Made by a program: the position numbers and the translations under genes. Under the pieces are notes generated by a model that worked only from the letters and a program-made list of their open reading frames with translations, was not told the DNA's origin and ran no database searches. Shown here piece after piece: positions 40,926-55,033 of a stretch of 64,000 bases of DNA. The stretch is taken from the NCBI GenBank assembly GCA_951406725.2, contig OX597815.1, positions 154,442,001-154,506,000 on the forward strand. The letters run 5' to 3'. The first letter of the stretch is position 1. Each line of letters starts with the position of its first letter. The stretch comes from Octopus vulgaris. Taxonomy: Eukaryota.

Positions 40926-41257
40926 ACACACACATTCACACACACACACACAGACACACACAAACACACACACATATATATATACATATATAAATATTTG
41001 AATATATATATAAACATATATATACATGCATATGCATATATATATATACATATTGATATATATATACATCTATAAATATAGGCATATATATACACGTATG
41101 TATACATGTCTATATATATATACATATATATATAGACATGTATATATGAATATATATATATATATATGTCCTCACATATATATGTATAAATACATGTATA
41201 TATATATATATCCATATATGCATATATACAGGTATATGTATATACACATACATATGC

Positions 41258-41296
<39 letters not shown>

Positions 41297-42279
41297 TACA
41301 TATATATGTACACACACACACATATATATATCAACTAGCATTAAAGACCCGTCGTTGCCGGTTCATAGTGCTAGTGCATGTATATATGTGTATATATATG
41401 TGTACATATTACATGTACAAAGTTATATCCACAACAATATTAGAAATATGAGAGCAAGATTTTGTATACAGAACGTAACTTTTAAGTATAGAGTACTGGA
41501 TCTTGGCAATAATTAGGAGACGCATGCACACACACACATACACATACACCCATACACACACACACATCCACAAACATACATATACACACACGCACACACA
41601 CACACACACACATATATATAACTAGAAATTACTGATGAAAGTAGCATTAATTTTTTGGTCGGATTTTCAGTTTTTCTCAAATGATCAATAGACTAATTGA
41701 GTAAACCAACCAGTAACGTACTTATACTGACCACTGGAACAGCTGTAAGCGAAATTTACTCTAATAAAGAAAAGTATGTAATAACCATTACTTAAATCTC
41801 GTTACACGCGAATACACACAAACACATATATCCATACATATATAAATATGCACATATGTACTTGCGTATGTAAGTGTGTGTGTGTATTAACTTAAGTGAA
41901 TCTGCTTGCTACTATATATCTACATACATGGTAGGGAATGTACCTCCTACCGCTAAGATACTACATTGTTCACAATTTACCACTCAGCCCATCTTCAGTA
42001 TAACTTTCTGCTGACAAACTCGTCTTAATCTTTTCAGACACCTCGGCGACTCTGAAATCAATAAATTGGCACTGTGAACTCTCTTATAAATATGGAAATA
42101 AATACGTCACTGTTGCTTACCACTATTTTACTGTCACTGACTAGTAATTATACTAACACGGATGTGAAAACAGATTTGAAATTTCAATCGGTTTACATAT
42201 ATAATAAACTTCATTTCACGACTAACCACGCCTGCCTCATACACACGCTCATCCGCACGCACACCCCTACACACCCCGG

Positions 42280-42353
<74 letters not shown>

Positions 42354-42710
42354 TACATATTATATATATATATATCGCTGCATGTATGAATGTATGAATG
42401 GGTATGTATGCATGCGTGTGTATGCATGCATGTGTTTGCATGCATATTCATACGTATGCATGTGTGCACGTTTGTATGAATGTATGTATGTACTCTGCAT
42501 GTTTGTGCGTGTGTAGGTACGTATGTATATGCGTATATATATTTATGCATGTATGCACGTTTGTATGCATGTGTTCTTCATATCCATGTGCCTGTGTTCA
42601 TGTTTGTGTGACTGTGCGTGTTTGTGTCCACCTGCCCATATTACCTATGTACGTATCTATCTGTATATATCTATCTGTGTATACGCTTATCCGTTTACTC
42701 ACATATGTAT

Positions 42711-42749
<39 letters not shown>

Positions 42750-42814
42750 TATATGTATGCATATATATTTATATACACACACACACATACACTCACACAT
42801 ATATATATATATTT

Positions 42815-44950
42815 ATAATAAGTGTAGATCGTATACGAGTGGGTATACGAGTATACGAGTATTTATAAAAAAGAAGTTTGAAAACGCCACTATACAAGAT
42901 AAATTTTAATTTTCTTCGAAATTTTACATGTTTCGGTTCTTCAAACACCCTTCACACCCTAGGAATAGAAGCGATCCCTTTCTGGCTAAACAACTGCTCC
43001 TTTGAACTCCCAACTCGCATAAATAAAGAACTTATAATTGAAGGACTTAGATTTATTTTAGAAAACAATTACTTTATTTTTGATAATAATTTCTACAGAC
43101 AAAGATCGGGAACAGCGATGAGTACGCGTACTGCGCCTTCTTTTGCCAACCTAGTGATGGGATACCTCGAGAAAATACTCTACCAGAAAACACTCGAGAA
43201 ATATGGAAACACTTTCTCCTCCTATTTTCAGAACAACTGGAAAAGATACCTCGACGACTGCTTCATCCTCTGGGATAAAAGTATAGAGCAACTTGAGGAA
43301 TTTAAAATACTATTAACTGGAATAAATGATAATATTCAGTTCACGATAGATCATAACGAAGAAGAATTACCATTTTTAGACATCCTCATTAAGAAAGTCG
43401 GCAACAAAATAGAGACAGATATCTATTATAAACCGACAGAGTCCAAGCAGTACCTACCCTTTGATTCATTCCACCCAAGACACACTAGAATAAATGTCCC
43501 TTTTTGTTTAGCTAGAAGGAGTTGCACCATAATATCAGACACAAACACCCGACACACACGCCTCCAGGAACTTAGAACTACACTCATAAATAGAAATTAT
43601 CCACAGCTCCTAATAGACAGCGCAATCCAACGAGCACTTAAATTAAGTATAGAAAACCTGAGACAAACAAAACCAAAAAAGAAAGAAAAATTAAAAACCC
43701 TTCCCTACATCTCTACACACAACCCACTTAACAATGAGGCCTTCAGCACCATACTACAAAGCACAGCCCTACTAAAGGGAAACCCAAAGATGAACCGGAT
43801 CCTCGAAACACACACTATCATTAAAAGTAAACAGCAACCAAAATCCTTAAAAAAGATTTTAACCCAAGCTAAACTGCACTCAACATCAACCACAAAACCA
43901 GCAGTTAGAAAATGTGGAAAGCCCAACTGCGGAATCTGTGTCATCTTGGTAGAAGGTTCAGAATTCACATTAGAACAAGGCCATCGGTTTATCATCAGAA
44001 CAAACTTCACCTGTGCATCAGAAGACTTAATTTACGCCTTAACATGCGCAAGTTGCAATAGGCAGTATATAGGCCATACAAAAACAGATTACGAAAAAGG
44101 ATGGCGGTGCATAAACCCAAAATTAGAAATCCTGAATACAGGAAAATACCAGTCAGCGGACACATAGATAGATATGCTTCAAATAAAAATCCGAAATTCA
44201 CAACTTGCCCACTTTACAAATTCAGTGACAGCGTAACTTTCACTCAACGCCAAAATAAAGAACTTTATTTCATTAGAAAATTCAGACCAAGTTTGAACAC
44301 CCTGGGACAGGAATATTATAACAATACATTGGTCTTCCGAAAAGAAAAATGGAATTATACCACAACCACCACGATCACTACGACTGCTACCACTATCACT
44401 ACTACTACAACCACCATGGTCACTACTATTAATACTACGATCAACAATCCTCCACTACTGCTGCTGTTGCTACTGCCACAGCTAAGCTGCTGCAACCCCA
44501 ACCACCACCACGGTTACTACTACTACGACCAACAGTCACTGCTGCTACTGCCACAGCTTAGCTGCTACAACCAATGAGCTGCTGCAGCCCCAACCACCAC
44601 CACGGTTACTACTACTACGACCAATAGTCACTGCTGCTACTGCTATTTCAGCCGCGGGTGATTCGAACACATAAGACAGCTAACAAAAACCACGTGGATC
44701 CTGTTGAGACCAGTAAGAAACAATTGGGAACTTTTTTATTACATTCAACTTACATTAAATTTACCGACAAAACACTACATGGATTCTGTTGAGACCAGTA
44801 AGAAACAATTATGAACTTTTTTATTACACTTAACTTTTTAAAAAACTTTTGATAAGGTTCGTTTTTTCAAGGAGAACCGAAACGTAAAATTTCTAAGAAA
44901 ATTAAAATTTATCTTATGTAGTGGCGTTTTCAAATTTCTTTTTTATAAAT
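42815..44950 (+). mobile_element. 5'-truncated Penelope-like element (probably Neptune-type) with RT, Zn finger and GIY-YIG, and an inverted terminal copy at its 5' end
   Basis: 42861-42942 is an inverted copy of about 44872-44950. Hammerhead UUGAUAA-GGUUC...GAACC-GAAA-CG-UA at 44849-44886. TA tracts on both sides. Confidence 0.92.
42943..44300 (+). pseudogene. PLE RT/GIY-YIG ORF, N-truncated, one frameshift near 44085
   Basis: FYRQRSGTAMSTRTAPSFANLVMG, WKRYLDDCF, LPFLDILI, YYKPT, HPRHTRINVP, KCGKPNCGIC, LIYALTCASCNRQYIG; second frame HKPKIRNP...RQNKELYFIRKFRPSLN. Confidence 0.9.
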
Positions 44951-44985
44951 ATATATATATATATATATATAAGTGTGTGTGTGTG

Positions 44986-45031
<46 letters not shown>

Positions 45032-45036
<5 letters not shown>

Positions 45037-45253
45037 GCAGCGTGGAAGGTGTTTTTAAGCCATTTAAGAAACAGACAAAAGCCGTTCGATTCACTTCAAT
45101 ATTTAAGTTTAATTTGTCAAAAAATTTTCGTCGCTAAAATCCGCGACCTGTTCACTGACAAAAATCCGTGCTGCAAACACCTTCCATGCTGCAATTGTTT
45201 TCGTTCCAGCACACGATCTTAGATCAAATCACTTGCTATGCGAGTACATCTCC
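45032..45253 (-). mobile_element. Small Penelope-like fold-back (22-bp arms 45032-45053 and 45175-45196; tail to 45253) in (TA)n
   Basis: AATTGCAGCGTGGAAGGTGTTT versus AAACACCTTCCATGCTGCAATT; hammerhead motif inside. Confidence 0.7.
45113..45162 (-). ncRNA. Hammerhead ribozyme motif with G3-C8 swapped core
   Basis: Minus strand reads UUUGUCA-GUGAACA-G-GUCGC-GGAUUUUA-GCGAC-GAAA-AUUUUU-UGACAAA; perfect 7-bp stem I and 5-bp stem II. Confidence 0.7.
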
Positions 45254-46224
45254 ATATATATATATACATACACATACACACACGCACACACAGAGACACA
45301 CACATACAGGCCTATATAACAGCCTACTGATAACGCTGTCTGTGTATATATAAACTGTGATTATTGGTGTCTGACACCTTCTGTGTATATTCCCTATTTA
45401 GTGCTGGGGATGTTTCTTTAATGATACGTACTCTTGTATTTGTCTGAATGTTAGGTCCTTCGGGGGCTTGGATAAAATGCGAATGTCAAGTTGACCAAGC
45501 ATGCCTCCATGTTGGTCTTTGACATATAAATATACACATGTATGTATGTAAGTATGTATGTATTGCTGTATTTCGAGACGGTCATTTTTGTTTTGCCACA
45601 TGAACAAACACATTATTTATTCATTCTTCAGTCGTTCATTACTGTTTTTACTCTAACTCATATCCATTGATTGATTGATTCATTTATTCTAGTTTCAGCT
45701 CACGAGCTGTGGCCATGCTGGGGCACCGCCATTGTCCAGAAATCTTTCGTCACACATCTGTGACCTCCTCAGCGACACTTTCCGTCTTCCTGTATGCTGT
45801 TGCACAGGTTATTCCATTCTGTTCTTCTATGATGTGTATCCTTATATGCGCTTGCGTATGTGTTTGTGTCTGTGTGTGCGTATGTGTGTCATTGTTCTTA
45901 TTAGCACTATGACCCTCCCCTCCGCCTCATCCCGTACCCCTTTCCCGCTGCTGCTGCTGCCGCCCTTGAACTCGCCTTTTTGTACTGTTCTTGTCTGTGT
46001 ATTCGCCCACGCTGCTGATATCATGGTAGTTGTTGTTATTACTGCCATTGTTGCTAGTCATATTGTTGATATTGTTGCAGCCGTCTGTGTGTTTGTGCGT
46101 GCATACGGGTTCTCTTCCTATGTTGTTTGTATCCGTGCCTTTTGTACAGTTTTTTATGCCACTAATTTCTTTATATATTCATCATAGGTATGTGCATACA
46201 TGTGTATTGTATGTGGATTACGTT

Positions 46225-46226
<2 letters not shown>

Positions 46227-46295
<69 letters not shown>

Positions 46296-46431
46296 CCTAT
46301 CTATCTATCTATCTACCTATCTATCTATCTATCAAGCTAGCTAGATAGATAGATAGATAACTACCTACCCATCCATCCATCCATCAATCCATCTGCCTAT
46401 CTATCCACCCATCCATCCATCCATCAATCCG

Positions 46432-46500
<69 letters not shown>
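46227..46500. repeat. (ATCT)n/(ATCC)n microsatellite
   Basis: Tandem tetranucleotide runs. Confidence 0.95.
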
Positions 46501-46502
<2 letters not shown>

Positions 46503-46530
46503 GCCTGCCTGCTTGCCTGCCTTCCTGTCA

Positions 46531-46624
<94 letters not shown>

Positions 46625-46908
46625 ACATATATATATGCATACATATACATACATATATATATGTATGTATGTCTGTATGTATGCATATATTGTTCGGCAA
46701 GATAGATCCACATTTAATATTCCAACATATTCCTCTTATGTTACAAAAGTCAGTATCTAACACATATAAATTAATAGATGTCTACAAACGTTTTGAGCAT
46801 AATTTATAGCATTTGTTATAGACACAATAAAAAAGTGTAGAATCAACACTCAAGTCACATATCAAGATGTATGTATATATACATGTGTGTGTATGTGTGT
46901 AATAGGTA

Positions 46909-46952
<44 letters not shown>

Positions 46953-49239
46953 CCTCTTGCGCTATCTCTTTCTGAGCGTGCGCGTCTGTGTAAGCAAGCG
47001 CCAATTATTTAAACACTATAAAATCAATAGGTGAATACCCTATACGTTTGACTCAAACACCCAAGTTCATTTTTGGCCAAGGTATATAAACTCATACAAT
47101 ATGAATTCTTAAATAGATAACGCATTAATGACATTTCTGAGATATAAACATTTTCCCTAAATCTATAAACTTTATTTACTATAGTTGTTTAATGTGGCTA
47201 GTCACGTATTTTATTACCAAATATCTATTTGCTCGCTGTCTCTGAAATATTACGTCACCTTCCTGAATCGTGTGTTAGTCCATACTTAATAATCTTGCAG
47301 TAATCAAAATTATTTTGACTTCATTTACGCAGTGTGTCAGAAGCTGTTTAAATTAAATAAAATATATCTTGTTTTTTCAAGTCTATCTCACTACTTCTAT
47401 TTTAATTTTACCACTAATTATTCGAACCAACAAGTTCTCTATAAGGCCACGTGATCTATAAACAAAATTCGGAGAGAACTGCTTCATACCGCACCCATTT
47501 GCCTTACAAAAAAAAAGGAGAAACATGTGTATTGGACAGATTTAGCCTAGGACATTATCTAAACTGATAATTCAGAGTGAACGGCCTCTCCCCTATCAGA
47601 AGATGGAGTCTGTAAAGAAGTAGCTGGCACGTTTCTCACATATTACACCATATACCTTAAGAAGATAATGACATAATGGATAGTGTTACCTTAGTATACA
47701 GATCGAATGAATATGAGGTGTTTCATATTTATTGAAACACCTCATAAATTTGATGATAAATTTATTTAGTCAGAGCTGGACTAGAACGAAACGAGAAAAC
47801 CGATTCATCGTTATACCTATATTTCAACATTTAACATTCTCACACAACCTTGTTAGTGAGGGACAGCTAGTATTTAATTTATTTTGATATTATGACGTAT
47901 TTATTTGACTCCACAAAAACCTTAGCTAATGGATACCAAAATACACTTACTATTCGGTCGAATGAGAATATTTATATTGTTTTCGGAAGTTATAAAAAAG
48001 TGTATAGGAGGCAAAGTGCAAAGGCATATAATCGAGCTTAGGGGTACAACAGCATTTATAGAGTATTGTTAGACAAGTCTCCATCAGTGCACACTACGAA
48101 CGTACCATTTACAGGAAGCTATTCGAAAGATGAGAGGCAGACAGAAGCCGATGTGCGGAACATTTTAGGCGAGGGATTCACAAACGTAGAGACACGTTAT
48201 ATTCTATGATTCACATACTTAAAACTTTCGAAATTTCATATGAAACCATACAACTCTGTTTCATTTAATTTTTGTCAAAGAAGCGATGCCTCAAATGCTA
48301 AACGTTTATTCTTGTTTGTTTCTAATATTTTGTAATTATTTCGTTAATCTTTGGTTATAAAACTTCAAAATGTAATTGCCAGAATGATCATTCCTCTATG
48401 CTTTGAAGATTTATCTTTCCGAAATATAAATCACGTTAATTAATCTGTGAATATTACCAGATTCTTCTGTGCGCGGTATGAATACAAACTCATCAGGTAT
48501 ATAGTAGGCAAACCATCGAAATATAAACAGATTACAGAAGCTTAAAACATACTATGAGAGAGAAATAATAATCTGCTCTTATAAATATTAAAATTAGTAT
48601 CGTTGATTTTTATTAACTTACATTTCTTTCTATAGCACGGATAGTTTTTCATATAAAGTAAATTTGACATTTTTTTGTTTATATAACAAATAGTTAACGA
48701 AATAAAGTAGCACATAAATCAACGAACAGGTGAAGATCTTCAGTTTTCTTTTGTCAGTACAAAGCATTTTGCTGTAAATAAGTGTATACGCAGAAGGGAA
48801 GGTGGAGTATGAGAGACAATAAAGTCCTGTATTAAATCTTTTGATATTAACGAAACTTATTATGTTATCTCGCGGTAACATTACATAAACAAACGATTGA
48901 GTTTAAATAGTCCTGTTATTGATTCATTATGGTCGTGGTACTAGCGATTGCTCACTGGCTTTTCTATTGCACTACCTGTCCGTTCACTAATTTTATTCAT
49001 CAGTCTTCTACAAAATTGCCATCGTTCCCAAAAGATAAATCAGTAATTTTCATAAAGTTGTGATGACCGCTTTAGAGTTAGTTGTCAGATGGTAGTAATT
49101 GTAATGGTCCTTTCTCTACGCTTTCGCTGCTTATAATTTTCAGATTACATCAAAACGTCCAGTTTTGTCTTTCGTAGTGTATGGGATCTTTGTGTCGTAA
49201 CAGAAAGAAACAAATACTGTTTCTAATGCATAATACCAG

Positions 49240-49385
49240 CAGTTTTAAGAGGATGGACTAGTTGAAATCATCAACCTCAATAATTGAGAAGTACTTTATT
49301 TTATTAATCCCAAAACGTTAAAAAGCAAAGTTAATTCAAACAAAATTTGAACTTAGAACGTAAAAGTTTGGGATAAATACCATGA
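49240..49385 (-). mobile_element. Highly decayed SINE (Deu/Nin-like family)
   Basis: GTACTTTATTTTAT...AAAGCAAAGTTAA...ATTTGAACTTAGAACGTAA resembles the reverse complement of the family. Confidence 0.5.
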
Positions 49386-50167
49386 AACATTTTTATTTCC
49401 GAAACCCGAGTAGAAACTGCCTATTATTAATCAAAATCTAGATAAGATCATAGCAAAGCAAGCTGAAGCTTCGCATTTCAATTCTTAGCTGAATTTATTA
49501 CATTTTCTGCTACTCTGCTGATATACTTTCATTCTATTTACGTCACACAATCACATTTCAATAGGGAATATCTACTGTGATTGACGAGGCTGAATCTTCA
49601 GTTCAGTTTCCCTATGCTATATTTTCTTGGAGAAAGGTATACAGATCATGAAACTCTGTATCATCACCACTAAAAATATTATGCACTTTGTGCTACCTAA
49701 ACCCAAATCAATATTATTATCTATCAATTAGTATGAAATTACTGCTTTTATTTTGTATGGATGTCCTTGTTCTCTGTATTTATAGATGAGACTTGAAACA
49801 GGAACTATATTGTTATGACTAGCAAATAGCAGTCATAATTAATAAAACATCGTTCGATGTTAATGCCTAATGGACAGTAATAGACTTTAATGTAAAGAAC
49901 GCTGCAGAGTAGAAAGTTATGAACGGCGAGTCCGTTCATCGTTTGTATAAATAAGAACAGGAGGATATTTAAAATCCGTTATGTAATAGCGGTATAAGTA
50001 TAATCCTGTGTGTAGACAAAGGACTCTGAACAGATTTAGCATAACAAATATCAAATTATGTACATTCGGCTTGGCATTTTATAATCAGCAGCTCCACTAC
50101 TGCGTAGGTTACTAATCCCATTGAGGTCTCAAGTATGTGTAGAAATAGTGAGAATATTTATATTCAC

Positions 50168-50375
50168 AACGGCGCGTTCGCGGAATTGTTAGCATGCTGG
50201 GCGAAACGCTTAGTAGCATTTCGTCCGTCTTTTTCAAATTCCACCGTCGTCGACTTTGCCTTTCATCACTTTGGGGTTGATAAAATAAGTACCAGTTGAG
50301 CACTGAGGTCGATGTAATAGATTGCCCCCCCCCCCATCAAAAAATTGCTAGCTTTGTGCCAAATTTGGAACCAAT
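50168..50375 (+). mobile_element. SINE (Deu/Nin-like family)
   Basis: TCGACTTTGCCTTTCATC...GATAAAATAAGTACCAGTTGAGCACTG. Confidence 0.85.
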
Positions 50376-52121
50376 GTATATATTCACATAAACGATATAG
50401 AAATTAATGATTTCTTACAAGTACACAACTTTTCCGATTTATTGGTGAGCTGGGAAATGAAATATATGAAATAAGTGCTTCCCTTATGGTTACTAGTGAT
50501 GAAGCTAAAATGAAGTAGCTACAGCTGATATTTGAAACCAAATTCCATGCCAGATTGATACAAGCCGCGATTTTATCTGTTCTCAGGTCAGATATTAAAA
50601 TGCAGTGTATTTTTATTGTAGTAGAGTTATATTTATCATGGGTTCGGAGCTGATAGCAGCTGTAAAGCTTTCGATGTGTTACTGAGTAAATTTAGGAAAC
50701 TTAATTTATCTAATGTTATAGACTAAATAGCAAGCTCTCCCAACGAAGATATCTGTGATATCCTGAGAGGGAAAATATTCCCTTCGACTTAATGTTGCAC
50801 AAACGATAAACAACAGTTTTAATAATTAAATAGATTCCGTATGCTAAGTTCTGAAGATAATGCTAAGTTTTGATCTCACTTCTAAACACTTTTATATTAA
50901 GTATTGACTGACTTTCTACTGTCTCCTATACACATTTATCCATTATACTGTTATATCTCAGCTTGGAACCGGCAAATGTGGCTTTATTTAAATTTCCTTA
51001 TATTCCCTATCTTTTCGTTAAAAATGATTTCTTTACAGCTGATATCCCAATAAACCATAGTTTTAAGCATTCGTATTTAAGTCATTTAAAAAAGTTATGC
51101 TAATAGGCCACTCTGTTTAACAGAGTTTTGTTTACCTTTATGTATCAGTAGCCGAGTTAGTTCTCTTGTAAATATTTGAGGGAGACTCCCAGACTAAGTC
51201 TTTTCTTTTCTGCAGAAATTGATCTTCAGATATCCACGCACTAATCTCACTAGTCTGCAAGTGCTTGAGAGAGCCATGATTATTCCCTCTCCTATTCCAA
51301 GGAACACAAAAGTATCATGTCGCCAAATAGTTTGGGGAAATGTTATGCTCAAATACTGTAGAGTAATTATTATCTTAAGTTCATGACGAAAAAATGCTTT
51401 ATAGCTTTTAGATATAAAGTTTTTTTAGAGATATATTTTCTTCTATGAATTTCGGTTAATGTCTATTTATATACGATACTATTTCTTCGGTTTCTCATTA
51501 AGAATATCTATATTTTACAAGCTGCTTTTCAGGAGTAGGCATTCTATGGCTGTGGATATTAAACATTCCGTTCTTGTTAAGCTGCTTCATGTGCATATGT
51601 GCATTTCTATAGTGTTATCTTTGACACATTCATGCATTCGGCTATATTACAGACAAGTATCAAACATTTAGAATTTGATGTGAGTAAGATTAGCTACGAG
51701 TTTGTAAATTTCGCTGGAACATAACAAAAGCGAGTTGATGAATTAACAAGATATGTCAGCCAATATGCACACCAGACATATTGTCATTCAAAGTACTAAC
51801 AATATATAGGGTGACTTTAAATCGCAAAATATTTGATCAGCCATCTGCTTATCAATAATTATTGATTTGAAATTACAGTCTAAATAGTTTTGATACATAA
51901 GCATTTCTTCTTCTTGCACCCTATATATACATATATACAAACATACATACATGCATACATATAAGTGTGTGTATGTATGTATATATATATATATATATCT
52001 ACATACATATGTATACATACATGCATACATATAAGTGTGCGTATGTATACATACATATATATATATATGTATCTATGTATGTATGTATACATATGTGTAT
52101 AATATATATGTATATTATATA

Positions 52122-52171
<50 letters not shown>

Positions 52172-52480
52172 AAAGCTATAGAGAAAGCAATGCATTATTT
52201 ATTCCAAAAGGTTGTTTGATTACATTTTCAAGTATCTCTTTGTGCTAGTTATAATGTTAATGAGCTCAGTTATATACAGCTTATTCTATTATATATAGTA
52301 GAATTAGAAATAGAAATGCCACATTAGAATATTATATATTGGGAAAAAATGGATACGAATCGCTTTTCTGATAATTTTTCTACTTTATTAGATATTTATA
52401 AATCATTAGGTGTTTACAAAAACATCTAATCACTAAAGGTGAAAATTTATCAGAAAAGACACTTCTACTCAATTTGTAAA

Positions 52481-52517
<37 letters not shown>

Positions 52518-52521
<4 letters not shown>

Positions 52522-53793
52522 CAAGGAAAATTGTAAAAATGCAGAATGCTCGATTGAAAGAAAATGTTAATGAAATGAGGAAATGAAAAAATATATAAAT
52601 ATATATTTATTCAAACCGGTTTTCGTCATAGTTTGACTTATCAAGAATAGTTAGGTGAAAAGGTTTTTAAAAAATGAGAAAGGGGAAAAAAGTTGCATTG
52701 TTTTTTGCAAAAGAATAATAATAAATATGTATAAAAATTAAAAAATAAGTACTCCGATACATTGTGAGTTCGTTGTGTATCTTGAGTTTAATGAATGTTC
52801 ACGAAAAAATTACCTTGAGGTATTAGGATCCAATGGGATTAAGGCCATGTGTTGTTTGGTTTAATTTAGGATGTTGGCAAAACAGGAAGTAGTAGTAATT
52901 GTGGTTCTCCACACAGGAGAGAATTAACAAGGAGAATCTCTTTATTGAAAAATTCCAAACACAACTTAATATACAAACTCCTCGTTGATCAAACTTCCCT
53001 TTTCTACTTCATTCTTCATGGATGGACTCACACAAATATATAAGGATACCATAGATTCATCACTTCAAGCAAAAACTTATATTCTTTAAATATCATTTTT
53101 ACTATTGTTGTTATTACCATCATCTTTATTATTTATGATATAACAATCTGAAATGCAATTGTCTATGCAAATTTATATAATTAGAAAATAATATAAACAA
53201 AGTGTTAAAATCTGAAAGTTAAATTAACAAACAATTACATAAAAAAGATAATGCAAATGAAACTAAAATGACAATTTTATAATTTGGGGTTTTATCAGCA
53301 GCCTTTATTGAAGAACTCAAAAGAGTTGTCTCCCCTTATTCACAACACAGGAACTGAAGAACCACAATTACTACTACTTCCTGTTTTGCCAACATCCTAA
53401 ATTAAACCAAACAACACATGGCCTTAATCCCATTGGATCCTAATACCTCAAGGTAATTTTTTCGTGAACATTCATTAAACTCAAGATACACAACGAACTC
53501 ACAATGTATCGGAGTACTTATTTTTTAATTTTTATACATATTTATTATTATTCTTTTGCAAAAAACAATGCAACTTTTTTTCCCCTTTCTCATTTTTTAA
53601 AAACCTTTTCACCTAACTATTCTTGATAAGTCAAACTATGACGAAAACCGGTTTGAATAAATATATATTTATATATTTTTTCATTTCCTCATTTCATTAA
53701 CATTTTCTTTCAATCGAGCATTCTGCATTTTTACAATTTTTCCTTGCTTATCATTTCTCCACGTGCGGTCAACACAACCCCACCATTTATTGA

Positions 53794-53795
<2 letters not shown>
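52518..53795 (+). mobile_element. 5'-truncated Penelope-like element with about 390-bp inverted arms (52518-52908 and 53358-53751) and tail 53752-53795
   Basis: The spacer begins with TQERINKENLFIEKFQTQLNIQTPR* (52911-52988), matching the GIY-YIG end of the 42.9-kb element. Hammerhead in each arm; TA tracts on both sides. Confidence 0.88.
53618..53659 (+). ncRNA. Type I hammerhead ribozyme, U3-A8 core (mirror copy 52608-52649 minus)
   Basis: UAUUC-UUGAUAA-GUCA-AACUA-UGAC-GAAA-ACCGGU-UU-GAAUA; perfect stems I and II, palindromic stem III AACCGGUU. Confidence 0.8.
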
Positions 53796-53832
<37 letters not shown>

Positions 53833-53836
53833 CTCG

Positions 53837-53890
<54 letters not shown>

Positions 53891-53899
53891 AGTATAACA

Positions 53900-54995
53900 T
53901 TTCGGTGAAGAGATTTACCCTCACGTGGTGAGTTGTATTGAAAAAGATATATCATAAAAATGCACACAACATTAATGCAGTATATGGGGATCGGACAAGA
54001 AGTGTAAGCCAGTGTCAACGGTGGTTCCAGAAAGTCCGCGGCGGAAACTATAGTCTAGAAGATGCATCTTATCCTGGAAGATCTGTAGAGCTCGACGAGG
54101 AATTCCTGCAAATCCTGGTGGAAGAAAATCCCATCGTAACTGTTCAAGAAGTAGCATAGAAGCTTGGATTTGGTCATTCAACCATTCATTAACCCGTGCG
54201 TGCTATTGGAAAGTCAACAAATTGGGTCAATGCGATCCTCATAAACTTCCCAAGTCTAATCGCATGTAGAGAGTGAATGTGTGCTCTTCTATGCTGTCAC
54301 GTCTCACGAATTAAAAAAGATTTTGGGACCGAATAGTGACTGGGGACGAGAAATGGGTTCTCTATAAAAATGTCAATCGCCGAAGACAGTGAGTAGAGAA
54401 AGAAGAAACACTGGCACCCCAGGCTAAAGAAGGTCTTCACCCACGTAAAGTGATGTTATCTATTTGGTGGGATGTTAAATGTTTAATACATTTCGAACTT
54501 TTAAACGTAAACCGAATGATAACAAAGGAGATCTACTGTGAGCAGCTTGAGCGGCTGAAGTCAGCGCTAGAGCAAAAACGACCATCTTCGGTTTCAAGAC
54601 GAAAGGTGTTCTTCCATCAGGATAATGCTCGGCCACATAAGGCGAGAATGACATTCTAAAGTCTGGAGGTGTTTTAATGGGAAACGATGCTACAACCTCA
54701 ATATTCACCGGACATCGCCCCATCTGATTATCATTTATTCCCCAGTCTTCAAAATCATTTGGAGAGAAAAAGTATGAATTCTGTCGACGAGGTCAGAACA
54801 GTACTGGAGGTGTAGTTTTCGTCACGGACAAGTGAATTTAGGAAGAGGGGCCTTGCAAGTATACTAGATAGATGGAAGAGCGTTGTAGAAAATGAAGGAG
54901 AGTACATTTTAGATTAAAAAAGGAATTTCTTTACCTTAAGTTTGAAAAATATAAAATGTATAAAGAAACCGCATTATTTATGGGATGACCCAGTA
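53900..54995 (+). mobile_element. Decayed mariner transposon, 5' end lost
   Basis: CQRWFQKVRGGNYSLED, IVTGDEKWVLY, LHPRKVMLSIWWD, FHQDNARPH, PQYSPDIAPSDYHLF; right end CCGCATTATTTATGGGATGACCCAGTA. Confidence 0.9.
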
Positions 54996-55033
54996 TAATA
55001 CGAAAAAGAAAATGCACACAGTTCATATATATA

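Noticed and set aside
42878-44167. 429-aa ORF as a host gene or telomerase
   Set aside because: The first about 20 codons come from the inverted terminal copy, there is no true start, and RT plus GIY-YIG identifies a PLE.
44455-44835. Direct repeats in the PLE 3' region as a CRISPR-like array
   Set aside because: Only two copies of each unit, in a eukaryotic retroelement 3' region, with no repeat-spacer periodicity or cas genes.
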